Assembly (NCBI GenBank): GCA_001772665.1
Contig: MEVH01000022.1
Location: forward strand, 1 to 51,843
Length of the DNA stretch: 51,843 nt
Direction: 5' to 3'
Origin: a candidate division WWE3 bacterium RIFCSPLOWO2_01_FULL_39_13
GTDB taxonomy: Bacteria; Patescibacteriota; WWE3; 2-01-FULL-39-13
Shown here in pieces: positions 31,052-39,926 of this stretch. Made by a program: the position numbers and the translations under genes. The notes beneath the pieces are model-generated. The model was not told the origin of the DNA. It did not search any database and saw nothing but the letters and a program-made list of their open reading frames with translations. Numbering within the stretch: the first letter of the stretch is position 1; every line of letters starts with the position of its first letter.

Positions 31052-31162
31052 CATTTCAGTTAAGTGCAAATATTTATACTTTACTGAGGTGTTTAATTTG
31101 ACAAGCAGTTGATAGTCCAATATACTCATTTCAGTTAAGTGCAAATATGTACACTTTACCGA
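31052..31162 (+). promoter_or_regulatory. AbiE promoter flanked by two palindromic operator repeats
   Basis: 36-bp direct repeat at 31052-31087 and 31127-31162 (first 22 nt identical, each an imperfect palindrome) around TTGACA(31098)-17-TATACT(31121). Confidence 0.85.
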
Positions 31163-31773
31163 AACCGATTCAGGTGCGGGAAGAGTTACTTAAACGAAAA
31201 CTAAGGATCTTTAGCGCAGGTGAATTTATGGATGCCTTTAATACAACACCTTACCCAGCAAAGTACTTTTTAGAAACCCAAGTCCAACAGGGTCTTCTTG
31301 CGAGGTTAAAACGAGGAATCTATACTCTTAAAACTGACATGCCTTCTGAGGAGGAAATTGCCAATACAATCTATAAACCATCCTATATTTCATTTGAATA
31401 TGCACTTGCTCATTACCACCTGCTTCCTGAAATGCCATATGTTGTTACCTCGGCAACAACAAAACCCACACGACTGTTTACAACAACAAGCTCCTCGTTT
31501 TCTTATAGAACAATTAAAAGGGAAGCATATACCGGTTACGCTTTAGTAAGACAAGATCAAAAATCATTTCTAATAGCCGACAAAGAAAAGGCATTAATTG
31601 ATTATTTATATTTCTTTATACTTCAGAAATGTCCCGAAAATGAGCGCCTGTTTAAGAATTTGAGAAACAAAAGTTTTTATAAAACAGAGGATCTAAACAG
31701 GAGAAAAATCACTGCATACGCAAGATTATTTAAAAACGAGCGCCTATTAAATTTAATCAACCAATTCAGATGA
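31147..31773 (+). CDS. Type IV TA antitoxin, AbiEi-like
   Basis: RLKRGIY winged helix, PSYISFEYALAHY, EKALIDYLY. Confidence 0.88.
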   Translation: MYTLPKPIQVREELLKRKLRIFSAGEFMDAFNTTPYPAKYFLETQVQQGLLARLKRGIYTLKTDMPSEEEIANTIYKPSYISFEYALAHYHLLPEMPYVVTSATTKPTRLFTTTSSSFSYRTIKREAYTGYALVRQDQKSFLIADKEKALIDYLYFFILQKCPENERLFKNLRNKSFYKTEDLNRRKITAYARLFKNERLLNLINQFR

Positions 31774-32489
31774 TTTCACAATCCGTAATCCAAAGTTTAG
31801 CACAGAAATTGCAATCAACAGAGTTAAATATTCAAAGAGAATATATTCAAAATCTCTTCCTTTCCTATTTCTACCAACAACCAGATTCAAACAAAATTTT
31901 CTTCAAGGGTGGAACCGCTTTACGAATTATTTACCAAAGCCCGCGCTTTTCAGAAGATTTAGATTTTAGTTCAACAAAAACAGCGATAAAGAAGATAGAA
32001 GACATAGTTATTCATACAATAGGTGAGATTGAACGTGAAGGAATTAATGTGGATATTAAAGAGTCAAAAAAGACAAGCGGGGGCTACTTAGCTATTATCC
32101 ATTTCTTTCTCAACAACCAAGAGATAGCTATTCAACTCGAGATTTCCCAGAGGGAAAGGGTTAACAAGGGAGAACTGACTACAGTTGTGAATGATTTTAT
32201 TCCCCCCTACACGCTTGTAACTCTTTCACAAGATCAACTTATTTCAGAGAAAGTTCAAGCTTTGTTAACACGGCAAAAAGCTAGGGACTTTTACGACTTG
32301 TACTACATACTAAGAGCCAATCTTTTGTCAACTAAGGACAAAGGAATACTTGAAAAAGTTTTAATCTTATTAAGTAAAACCAATATCCTATTTGAACAAG
32401 AATTGAAAATATTCCTTCCTAAGAGCCACTGGTCAATCGTTAGAAATTTTAAAAAAACACTTGAACAAGAAATCAAGCGCACGATATAA
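31770..32489 (+). CDS. Type IV TA toxin, AbiEii-family nucleotidyltransferase
   Basis: FKGGTAL, RFSEDLDF, EKVQAL, RDFYDLY; 4-nt overlap with the antitoxin. Confidence 0.92.
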   Translation: MISQSVIQSLAQKLQSTELNIQREYIQNLFLSYFYQQPDSNKIFFKGGTALRIIYQSPRFSEDLDFSSTKTAIKKIEDIVIHTIGEIEREGINVDIKESKKTSGGYLAIIHFFLNNQEIAIQLEISQRERVNKGELTTVVNDFIPPYTLVTLSQDQLISEKVQALLTRQKARDFYDLYYILRANLLSTKDKGILEKVLILLSKTNILFEQELKIFLPKSHWSIVRNFKKTLEQEIKRTI

Positions 32490-32573
32490 GTGAGGCTCTT
32501 CTACCCACCGAGGTTACTGCGTACTGTAGACAACAGGGCAAAACGCATAGATAATGATTGATGTACAAAACAT

Positions 32574-32661
32574 GCCGAGGTGGCGGAATGGCAGACGCGC
32601 GGGTCTCAAAAACCCGTCTTTAGCAATAAGGGTGAGGGTTCGACTCCCTCCCTCGGCACCA
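32574..32661 (+). tRNA. tRNA-Leu(CAA)
   Basis: GCCGAGG/CCTCGGC acceptor, anticodon loop CTCAAAA, long variable arm, TTCGACT, encoded CCA. Confidence 0.96.
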
Positions 32662-32689
32662 AATCACAAATGCTATAATACCTATACAT

Positions 32690-33207
32690 ATGAAGCCACA
32701 ACGGGTTTTTGTATTGGTATGTACTTTTATCTTTGGAATATTTATTTTTTGGCAGTTTAATCTTTATCAACAATTCTTCAAAAAACCTTTGAGTTGTGGC
32801 GACGACTGGTCATATAACATTCAATGTCCAACAGGATCTTACTGTAAATCAGCAAGACTGGGATCGTTAGCCGGAGGTTCATGCAGACCCTTCATTTCAT
32901 TTTTTAATATATTTAAAAGCACAACATCGGTAGAGAATTTACCAACTCTAATACCTCCGACACAACTACCATCAGCTGAAGTTTCTATCCAATACAAGGT
33001 GAACAAAAAATTTGTATGCTTGCACCACCCGTTGAAACACTGTTGCCAAATGAAAGCATAACAAGTCAAATAACAGAAAAAGTACTTGCTAAATTGACTC
33101 AAGGCAGATATATGATCACATTTGAATATTCAACTGAAAAAGAAAGTGAGCATTCTATTAGAGAACGTTCCACCGTTTATTCAGAAATCTTTATAATAGC
33201 TGACTAG
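32690..33207 (+). pseudogene. Probably disrupted exported-protein gene (two overlapping frames)
   Basis: ORF 32690-33061 (TM helix, Cys-rich domain, Pro/Thr linker) appears to continue in the frame of 33016-33207 (APPVETLLPNES..YMITFEYS). Confidence 0.45.
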
Positions 33208-33340
33208 CATTTCACTAAACAGCCATAAGCGAACAACTCCAAAAGTTGTTTCTTAAATAAACTCATCACAACAACCAAAAAGTTGTTTGAGTTTGTCAAG
33301 GGAATTTCCACGTTTACAGATGTTATAATAACTCCATACT

Positions 33341-34021
33341 ATGAAAATCAATTATCTCGGGCATTCAAGTTTTAAAATTTCCACCAAATCTCTAACAGGC
33401 GAAGAAGTTACTATTATTATTGATCCTTTTGACCCAAAAATGGTTGGGCTTCCCTTCCCTGTGCAAAAAGCTGATATCGTTATTACTAGCCATCAGCATC
33501 CCGATCATAATTTTACTGCCGGTATAGAAGGGATATCTGGCGAAGATTATTTTCTTATAGACACTCCGGGAGAATATGAAGTCAAAGGGATACGATTCGA
33601 ATGCATTCAAAGCTTTCATGATGAATCAGACGGCAAAGAACGCGGATTAAATACGATAACAGCAATTGATGCCGAAAATATAAGGATTGCACATCTTGGC
33701 GATCTTGGAGCTCCCTTGTCAAAAGATCAGCTAGAATCGTTGGATACTGTTGACATCTTAATGATCCCAGTCGGCGGGTTTTACACCATCGGCGCTAAAG
33801 AAGCTATAGAAATAATTGAGTCAATAGAGCCGTCGGTAGTAATTCCAATGCATTACAAAATGCCAAATGCTCCCGAGCAGTTCAAAAATTTAGCAACACT
33901 AGAGGATTTCATTAAAGAATTCGGAGCAGAGGCAGAAACAAAGAAAGAATATAAAATTAACTCACGAAGTGATCTGCCACAGAATATTACGGTTGTTCCT
34001 CTTGAAGTCAATAAGACTTAA
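33341..34021 (+). CDS. MBL-fold metallo-hydrolase
   Basis: YLGHSSF, IDPF, TSHQHPDHN, HLGDLG, IPVGG, IPMHY. Confidence 0.9.
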   Translation: MKINYLGHSSFKISTKSLTGEEVTIIIDPFDPKMVGLPFPVQKADIVITSHQHPDHNFTAGIEGISGEDYFLIDTPGEYEVKGIRFECIQSFHDESDGKERGLNTITAIDAENIRIAHLGDLGAPLSKDQLESLDTVDILMIPVGGFYTIGAKEAIEIIESIEPSVVIPMHYKMPNAPEQFKNLATLEDFIKEFGAEAETKKEYKINSRSDLPQNITVVPLEVNKT

Positions 34022-34078
34022 AGGACTTCAAATTACTATTAACGTCGTCAATTCTGTTAGTCTGATGGGTAAATCTAT

Positions 34079-34204
34079 ATGAAGAAGCAACTTAAACTGC
34101 CAAAATTTAAAAACGAAGACGAAGAAAGAGAATTCTGGGCAAATATTGATATACCTTATCAATCTTTAATTAAGAGCTATTTGAAAGAGGCGGTTTTTAA
34201 ATAA
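34079..34204 (+). pseudogene. Internally deleted CopG/BrnA-like antitoxin remnant
   Basis: Manual translation MKKQLKLPKFKNEDEEREFWANID-IPYQSLIKSYLKEAVFK; both termini match the family but the middle is absent. Confidence 0.7.
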
Positions 34205-34298
34205 TCAACTACCGCGAGCTTACGCACGCGGTATGCTGTAATGCTCGCTTCGCGAGTTTTATGGTTCAAATCCCTCGACATTACGGTCGGGGTATTTC
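34204..34298 (+). repeat. Dispersed repeat family copy 2 (minimal form, no internal units)
   Basis: Same head and tail as 23747, ending in hairpin CCCTCGAC-ATTACG-GTCGGGG. Confidence 0.85.
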
Positions 34299-34322
34299 GC
34301 TCGCATTATAAGAAGTCTGCTA

Positions 34323-35285
34323 TCAGCTAGAAGACTTTGACCTAAAAAATTGGAGTGATCCCAGTATCTCTTTTGCTGACTTTTTTCTTGCAACTAGCAC
34401 TTTGTCAGGATCAGGTTGATTAGCAACTGCTTGCGCATAAATTTCAGCCAAAAGGGGCATATCCTCTATTTTACAAAATTCTGCATATGCCAAAAGGATT
34501 CCAGTTGCCCAAACCCTCATTTTCATTCGACCTTGATCTTTATTTCTCATCTCTTCGTCATATCCCAATAGAAGGTTTTTTTGAGCTTCTGAAAGAGTAT
34601 CCAGCGATTCCTCTTTTCTACCTAAAAGATGTAAAATCTTTGTCTTGCCTAAAAGAGCCCATGATTTATGCGATTTTGACCCAGGCAGATCTTTCAATGC
34701 ATCTTCGACAAGCTTTAATGCTTCAAGCAGATCCCTTGTACACTTATCTGCTCCTATCAAACTTACCCGCTTTATAATAGTACCTACTAAGTGGACTTTT
34801 TGAATAGCAATTGACCCTGCGAGATCCTTTATTCCTTTCTTTTCGGCGGACTCAATTGCCTTTCTTGAAGCCTCCTCAGCCTGTTTTAGGAGTTCGAGTT
34901 TTTTCTTATTATCCACTTCTGCATCCGCCATCAATGAAAAGGCTATTCTTTTATGCCCCATCACATCTACAAGTCCGCGGATGTTATGATTTTTTTCATC
35001 CCAGTCAATCACTTTACTAAACATTTCAAGGGATATTTCAAGCTTTCCCGCTTCACGTAATTCAATTGCTGCATTTTTGTACTCTTCCCTGTCTTTTTTG
35101 AGAGAAGACAAAGTCAATTTGATCCCAAGACCTTTTTTCTTTAAATCATTAACAATAAACTGCACACGCTGAGGAGAAATATTGTACTTACGAGCCAATC
35201 TATTAAAGGAAGTATCAGAACTAACATATTCATTGTAAATTTGCTGATTGCGACCTGATTTAAAATCACTCCTGATAGATTTCAT
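34323..35285 (-). CDS. HTH-containing protein with helical (TPR-like) repeats
   Basis: RNQQIY..SFNRLARKYNISPQRVQFIV Mor-like HTH followed by an Ala/Leu-rich helical region. Confidence 0.6.
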   Translation of the reverse strand: MKSIRSDFKSGRNQQIYNEYVSSDTSFNRLARKYNISPQRVQFIVNDLKKKGLGIKLTLSSLKKDREEYKNAAIELREAGKLEISLEMFSKVIDWDEKNHNIRGLVDVMGHKRIAFSLMADAEVDNKKKLELLKQAEEASRKAIESAEKKGIKDLAGSIAIQKVHLVGTIIKRVSLIGADKCTRDLLEALKLVEDALKDLPGSKSHKSWALLGKTKILHLLGRKEESLDTLSEAQKNLLLGYDEEMRNKDQGRMKMRVWATGILLAYAEFCKIEDMPLLAEIYAQAVANQPDPDKVLVARKKSAKEILGSLQFFRSKSSS

Positions 35286-35511
35286 AGGGTTTGGAAACTA
35301 ACCTATTGTGGATATTATTAGCACACAGGCAAGCCGTTGTCAATGGCTAGGAGTAGTAATTGCCAGTCATCAACTGATGGTATACAAAGAGTAATCAGAA
35401 TAAAAAAGATAATCTGCCATCAATAGATAGCTCCGGAACACTCTATCGCCTAGGTCAAACCTATTCGCAAACTGGTACTTGTGAAAGTGAATAGACCAAA
35501 AGAAATCGGTG

Positions 35512-36153
35512 CTAAGAGGCTGAAAGCTGCTTTGCATCAGAACATCTCGCTTCTATTTGTCTCCACTGTTCTGCTCTTACTGCTTTCAGATTATCAGAAA
35601 CCTCAATCTCAATGCCAATCTCAGGAGCCAACTCAATAATAAGATCCTCAAACCTTGATAAAGCATCGTGTGCTATCATAGCTCTTGCAGTTCGATTATT
35701 TTGACCACCATAAATCTCACCACATACCCACTTATCACTTTTTACTTCTGATCCATGTTCTTCATCCACTAGGAAGGTTCGGTAAGAAGCCGTACTTACT
35801 GTATTTCCTGAAAATCCCAATGACACGTGTTTGCCCGTATTATCAGGATTAACTTCTTCAGCTTCTAAATACATAAACATACGATCCTGAAAATTCGTAT
35901 TATAATATCTTAAACGTAGAAGTTGACGATTTTCTTCATTTGCCATTATATAAGCTTCTACATTTTCGCCGCATCCAAAAGTGTCTCTATCCGCTAAAAC
36001 TATCACCCCAGCTTCTTCAAGTAATCCCGGAGTAACGTCAGACAAACTTCTAACAAATGCGTTAATAGCGGTAAACCGATCAACAGGACCTAACTGCTCC
36101 CCTAATTTAAACGGTTCAACGACAGTTACAGGACAACCAGTTACAGTAGACAT
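35512..36153 (-). CDS. Hypothetical protein
   Basis: 213-aa ORF with TAAAAT -10 box 6 nt before ATG. Confidence 0.65.
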   Translation of the reverse strand: MSTVTGCPVTVVEPFKLGEQLGPVDRFTAINAFVRSLSDVTPGLLEEAGVIVLADRDTFGCGENVEAYIMANEENRQLLRLRYYNTNFQDRMFMYLEAEEVNPDNTGKHVSLGFSGNTVSTASYRTFLVDEEHGSEVKSDKWVCGEIYGGQNNRTARAMIAHDALSRFEDLIIELAPEIGIEIEVSDNLKAVRAEQWRQIEARCSDAKQLSAS

Positions 36154-36318
36154 ATGACAATTTTATACAAAAGCAGGCCTATAGTCAACAGTCAATATAG
36201 CAAAAGACACAAATTCTATTTGGAGATGAAATTAGTGGGACATTCTAAATCTTGCGCGAAACCATTTTGAAGTAAATTGATTGCCTCCATTTTATTTCAA
36301 AAGCGCGAAAGTATCTTA

Positions 36319-36394
36319 TGGTGGACTCGGGCGGACTTGAACCGCCTGCCTCCCAAATGCGAATCGGGTGTTCTACCAGATGAACTACGAGCCC
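36319..36394 (-). tRNA. tRNA-Ala(CGC)
   Basis: GGGCTCG/CGAGTCC acceptor with G3:U70, anticodon loop TTCGCAT, TTCAAGT, CCA. Confidence 0.96.
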
Positions 36395-36422
36395 ACGAAT
36401 ATGTATATAATTATATATGAAT

Positions 36423-37499
36423 CTACAAAATTGTCGGTATGGAAGATCCACGCCCCTTGTGAAAATCTGCTTGGAATGATCCTAATTCTGATTTAAGATA
36501 ATTTACCATTTCATTAGTTGCAGGATCAACTTTATGGCTAAGTGCCAACTGGTAGCTGACAACACATCCTAATATAATGATTTCCCAGATATCAAGCATT
36601 TTGTTTTTACCGGATGTTTTGATTACGGCTTCTGCATATCCACTTCTTTGGATAACACTTTTCGTAATTTCAAATCTTTTTTTATTTCGCGGATGGTACA
36701 AATTAGACTCAAGAAAAACAAATACAAAGTTTGAGGAGGCATCTGCCGGGTACTTTAATCCATCAAGAAAATGATGATTCATGTCGGGAATCTGAAGGTT
36801 AAAAGCTAGATTTTTCGAGGTTTCATTAAAAAAATTCCTAAAGATATGCCCCGCACAATTTGTGTGTTCACTAGATATAAAAACGGGGATCTTCCCTATA
36901 AATTTCGAACTTAAGGAGGAGGCTTTGGCCAGGTCATGCTTCAAAAACTCGACGTAAGACGAGATGTCCTCGGCCAAGGCTTTTATATCAGTGCCGGAAA
37001 ATTCTATTAATCCTAGCTTTGAAAAGATTCCTAAAACTGACCCTGCCGTGTATCCTATTCCTGTTCTTGGGACTTTTGAGTCAAAGTTATATTCCGGATC
37101 ATAAATGTACCCGGGGATTTGGTTATCTTTAATATAGTCTCCCAGCTTTCCGCCCGAAGAAATCGCCACTATTTTGCATCTCCTTCCACGAGCTTCCTTA
37201 AGAGCACCAAGTGTCTCCTCAGTATTCCCTGAGCAACTAGAGACTATAAATAAAGTGTTTTCATCAGCAAAGGCTGGAAGCAAATAATCGGAGATCAGGG
37301 CAAGAGGCTTTTTTAATTCAGACGAAAATGCTCCCTTAAGTATAAGACCTCCAAATATTGACCCACCCATTCCAGCTATGACTATATTGGAGACACCGGA
37401 ATACTCGCCCGGAAGTTTGATCTGTTTGGATTCTGTATACGACTGCCAAAGCTGTTTGTGAAATGAAAAAATAGACCGCAGGTAGGTATCTTCTGCCAT
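36423..37499 (-). CDS. Bifunctional phosphoglucose/phosphomannose isomerase (SIS domain)
   Basis: AGMGGS, SSCSGNTEETL, SSGGKL, FNETSK, PDMNHH. Confidence 0.88.
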   Translation of the reverse strand: MAEDTYLRSIFSFHKQLWQSYTESKQIKLPGEYSGVSNIVIAGMGGSIFGGLILKGAFSSELKKPLALISDYLLPAFADENTLFIVSSCSGNTEETLGALKEARGRRCKIVAISSGGKLGDYIKDNQIPGYIYDPEYNFDSKVPRTGIGYTAGSVLGIFSKLGLIEFSGTDIKALAEDISSYVEFLKHDLAKASSLSSKFIGKIPVFISSEHTNCAGHIFRNFFNETSKNLAFNLQIPDMNHHFLDGLKYPADASSNFVFVFLESNLYHPRNKKRFEITKSVIQRSGYAEAVIKTSGKNKMLDIWEIIILGCVVSYQLALSHKVDPATNEMVNYLKSELGSFQADFHKGRGSSIPTIL

Positions 37500-37555
37500 G
37501 AAAACATTGTACCGTAATATAAAAGAAATTACAGAACAACTTTAAAGAATTTTTT

Positions 37556-37950
37556 AGAAAACTCGTAAGCCAGATTCTGTTTTATCCCTTAAAACACTGT
37601 CAGTTTTACCAACAGCAGAGGTAAGGGTGTGCATAATCTTTCTCAGCTCTGTCTTTTGCCGTGTTTGAGTCAGTTTAAAGCTGGCCAAACTTGACGAGCA
37701 GCCTGTGACGGCAGTTCGCAGATTGCAGCAGAGAGGATTGCTCGTTCCACCTTGCCTCCGCCTGCGGCGGGGGTTTTTCGTCTCTATAGCTCTCGGCTGG
37801 GTCGATTCCCTAGCCGTGCCTTCGGATTACTCCTTTGGCCACTGTCTCGCCTACGGCGAGCGACGCGCCTTCGCGCACCCATCCTTGCTCTATGCTGTCT
37901 GGACTTTCCTATCGTCCGCCTATGGCGGACGATCTATACACCGGTTTTCT
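37556..37950 (-). ncRNA. rnpB: RNase P RNA
   Basis: Minus strand AGGAAAGTCCAGAC near the 5' end and AAAACAGAATCTGGCTTA near the 3' end (P4), terminal AGAAAAC/GTTTTCT P1. Confidence 0.92.
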
Positions 37951-38032
37951 ATGTGTAATTATACTAATTTTAACACTTTATCTCCAGTTTTCTGCTTGTG
38001 TAGAAACCTTATGAAGACATGGAGCACAAAAC

Positions 38033-38254
38033 TCACTCTATTCTTTTTATAATCGAGCCGAATATTAAATTTGTTCCTTCTCCACCGCCTGATAGTCTTA
38101 AAATAAGATTATATAAATATAACCCAGCGATAATTACCCCAATGATTATAAGGAAAAACGAAACCCATGTGTTTGCTTTTGCGAATAATCCGCTGTCATT
38201 TCTAAGACTGATTTTTTCTTGCAGTTTTTCAGTTTTGGTTTTAAACCAGAGCAT
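38033..38254 (-). CDS. Small single-TM membrane protein
   Basis: 73-aa ORF with one clear hydrophobic helix. Confidence 0.4.
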   Translation of the reverse strand: MLWFKTKTEKLQEKISLRNDSGLFAKANTWVSFFLIIIGVIIAGLYLYNLILRLSGGGEGTNLIFGSIIKRIE

Positions 38255-38321
38255 TAGAGTAAATATATCACACCCCTTCTTTTCTGAGGCCTTTTATCGC
38301 CACGGATACAGCAAAAATACA

Positions 38322-38490
38322 ATCAACTACCGCGAGCTTACCATGCCAGAGGCAGGCACAGCACACGCGGTATGCTGTAGCGTCACTTCGTTCCTTGCAT
38401 TCCCACCTTCGGTGGAAAAGTAGCGTCACTTCGTTCCTTGCATTCCCACCTTCGGTGGAAAAGTAGCGTCACTTCGTTCCTTGCATTCCC
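38322..38490 (+). repeat. Dispersed repeat family copy 3 (about 2.7 internal 43-bp units, tail missing)
   Basis: Units GTAGCGTCACTTCGTTCCTTGCATTCCCACCTTCGGTGGAAAA start at 38377, 38420 and 38463. Confidence 0.9.
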
Positions 38491-38524
38491 TGTCACAAGG
38501 TTAAATTTATGATAACGTTTAAGT

Positions 38525-39205
38525 ATGAATAATTGGGATCTTATTTCCGACTTAGTAGACTCTGGTGTTCTTAAATCTTCTCAAATTATTGAAGCGTTCA
38601 AAAATGTAGATCGGGTTGACTTTGTCCCCGATTATTTCAAAGAATTTCCATATGTTGACGCACCTTTATCTATTGGGTACGGCCAGACTATATCCCAACC
38701 AACAACAGTTGCTATTATGCTGGAGCTTTTGCATCCCCAGAAAGGAGATCACGTACTTGATATCGGATCAGGATCAGGATGGACAACTACACTGCTGGCC
38801 TATATTGTTGGAGACAGCGGAAAAGTAGCAGGAAAAGAGATTATTCCAGAACTTGTTGAGTTTGGAAGCAAAAATCTGGCTAAATACAATTTCATAAATG
38901 CAACAATCTCCACAGCTGTTTCCACAACCCCCGAGATCAGTGATCCAGGGTCTAAGACTCTAGATATCAATAACTCACAAGTCCAACAACCCCTATGGTT
39001 AATTGGAACTCCCGGAGTTTTATACGACAGAATTCTAGTTTCTGCATCTGCAGAAAAATTCCCTTCAGAACTTTTAGGCCAGCTAAAAAACGATGGACGG
39101 CTTGTAATCCCTGTACAAAATTCGATATGGCTATATAAAAAGGATAAAAAAGGGGAAATAAGCAAAGAGGAATATCCAGGGTTTGTATTTGTACCATTGA
39201 AATAA
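38525..39205 (+). CDS. pcm: Protein-L-isoaspartate O-methyltransferase
   Basis: GYGQTISQP, VLDIGSGSGW, YDRILVSA, GRLVIPV, FVFVPL. Confidence 0.93.
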   Translation: MNNWDLISDLVDSGVLKSSQIIEAFKNVDRVDFVPDYFKEFPYVDAPLSIGYGQTISQPTTVAIMLELLHPQKGDHVLDIGSGSGWTTTLLAYIVGDSGKVAGKEIIPELVEFGSKNLAKYNFINATISTAVSTTPEISDPGSKTLDINNSQVQQPLWLIGTPGVLYDRILVSASAEKFPSELLGQLKNDGRLVIPVQNSIWLYKKDKKGEISKEEYPGFVFVPLK

Positions 39206-39254
39206 GAAAGGCAGCGAACTAAATCCCGAGCCCACATAAGTCCAATGTGTTTTT

Positions 39255-39905
39255 CTATTTCTTCCACCCAACAAAGAGATGGTTGAGACCCCATTGTGTC
39301 CAAAAATACTTTTTCTTAATGTCTAGAAAATCAGCTTTTTTAAATCTTCTGATAATTTCTGAATCAGTGAGGTAAAATTCCTCTTCTTCGTGCATCCCAC
39401 GTTCAGAATCAATGTCATGCTTTGTTCCTAACAATTTATCATAGAGCATAACTACTTTATGCACTAAAATTTCAGCCAGCGGATTTCCCATTGTAGCAAT
39501 AATATTGCCACCAGGCTTCAAACATCTATATGCTTCTTTCAATTCAATGTCCCTAAGGGATTTTGGTATATGGTTGAGGTTTGCAATAAAGGTAACAGAC
39601 TTGAAAGTATTATTATTAAAAGGAAAGTGAAAAACATCTTTTATCAGATTCTCCTGTGAAAGCCCGTCATATGGATACACATCTATTCCTATTCCATGCC
39701 CTTTCAGATATTTGTCTATAAACCTGTTATGACGACCGCATCCGACATCCAGGCAGTATCCAATAACTTCCCTGCTCACATAGTCATAACGCTCCGAGGC
39801 AAGTGACGAAAGACCAAATTTATCATTTTCGAATAGCGTAAATGCACGTAATGGGAAAACCAAAAAATCTTTAATTTTTTGAAAAGACTTTCTTTTAGTG
39901 GACAT
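39255..39905 (-). CDS. Class I SAM-dependent methyltransferase
   Basis: LDVGCG, FPFNNNTF, LNHI, RCLKPGG. Confidence 0.88.
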   Translation of the reverse strand: MSTKRKSFQKIKDFLVFPLRAFTLFENDKFGLSSLASERYDYVSREVIGYCLDVGCGRHNRFIDKYLKGHGIGIDVYPYDGLSQENLIKDVFHFPFNNNTFKSVTFIANLNHIPKSLRDIELKEAYRCLKPGGNIIATMGNPLAEILVHKVVMLYDKLLGTKHDIDSERGMHEEEEFYLTDSEIIRRFKKADFLDIKKKYFWTQWGLNHLFVGWKK

Positions 39906-39926
39906 AAAGCACCTTCATTCACCATC

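Noticed and set aside
37705..38423. ORFs 37705-38052, 37752-37958 and 38019-38423
   Set aside because: Antisense to RNase P RNA or running through the repeat element.
38377..38490. 43-bp repeats as a CRISPR array
   Set aside because: Units are head-to-tail with no unique spacers, and there are no cas genes in the window.
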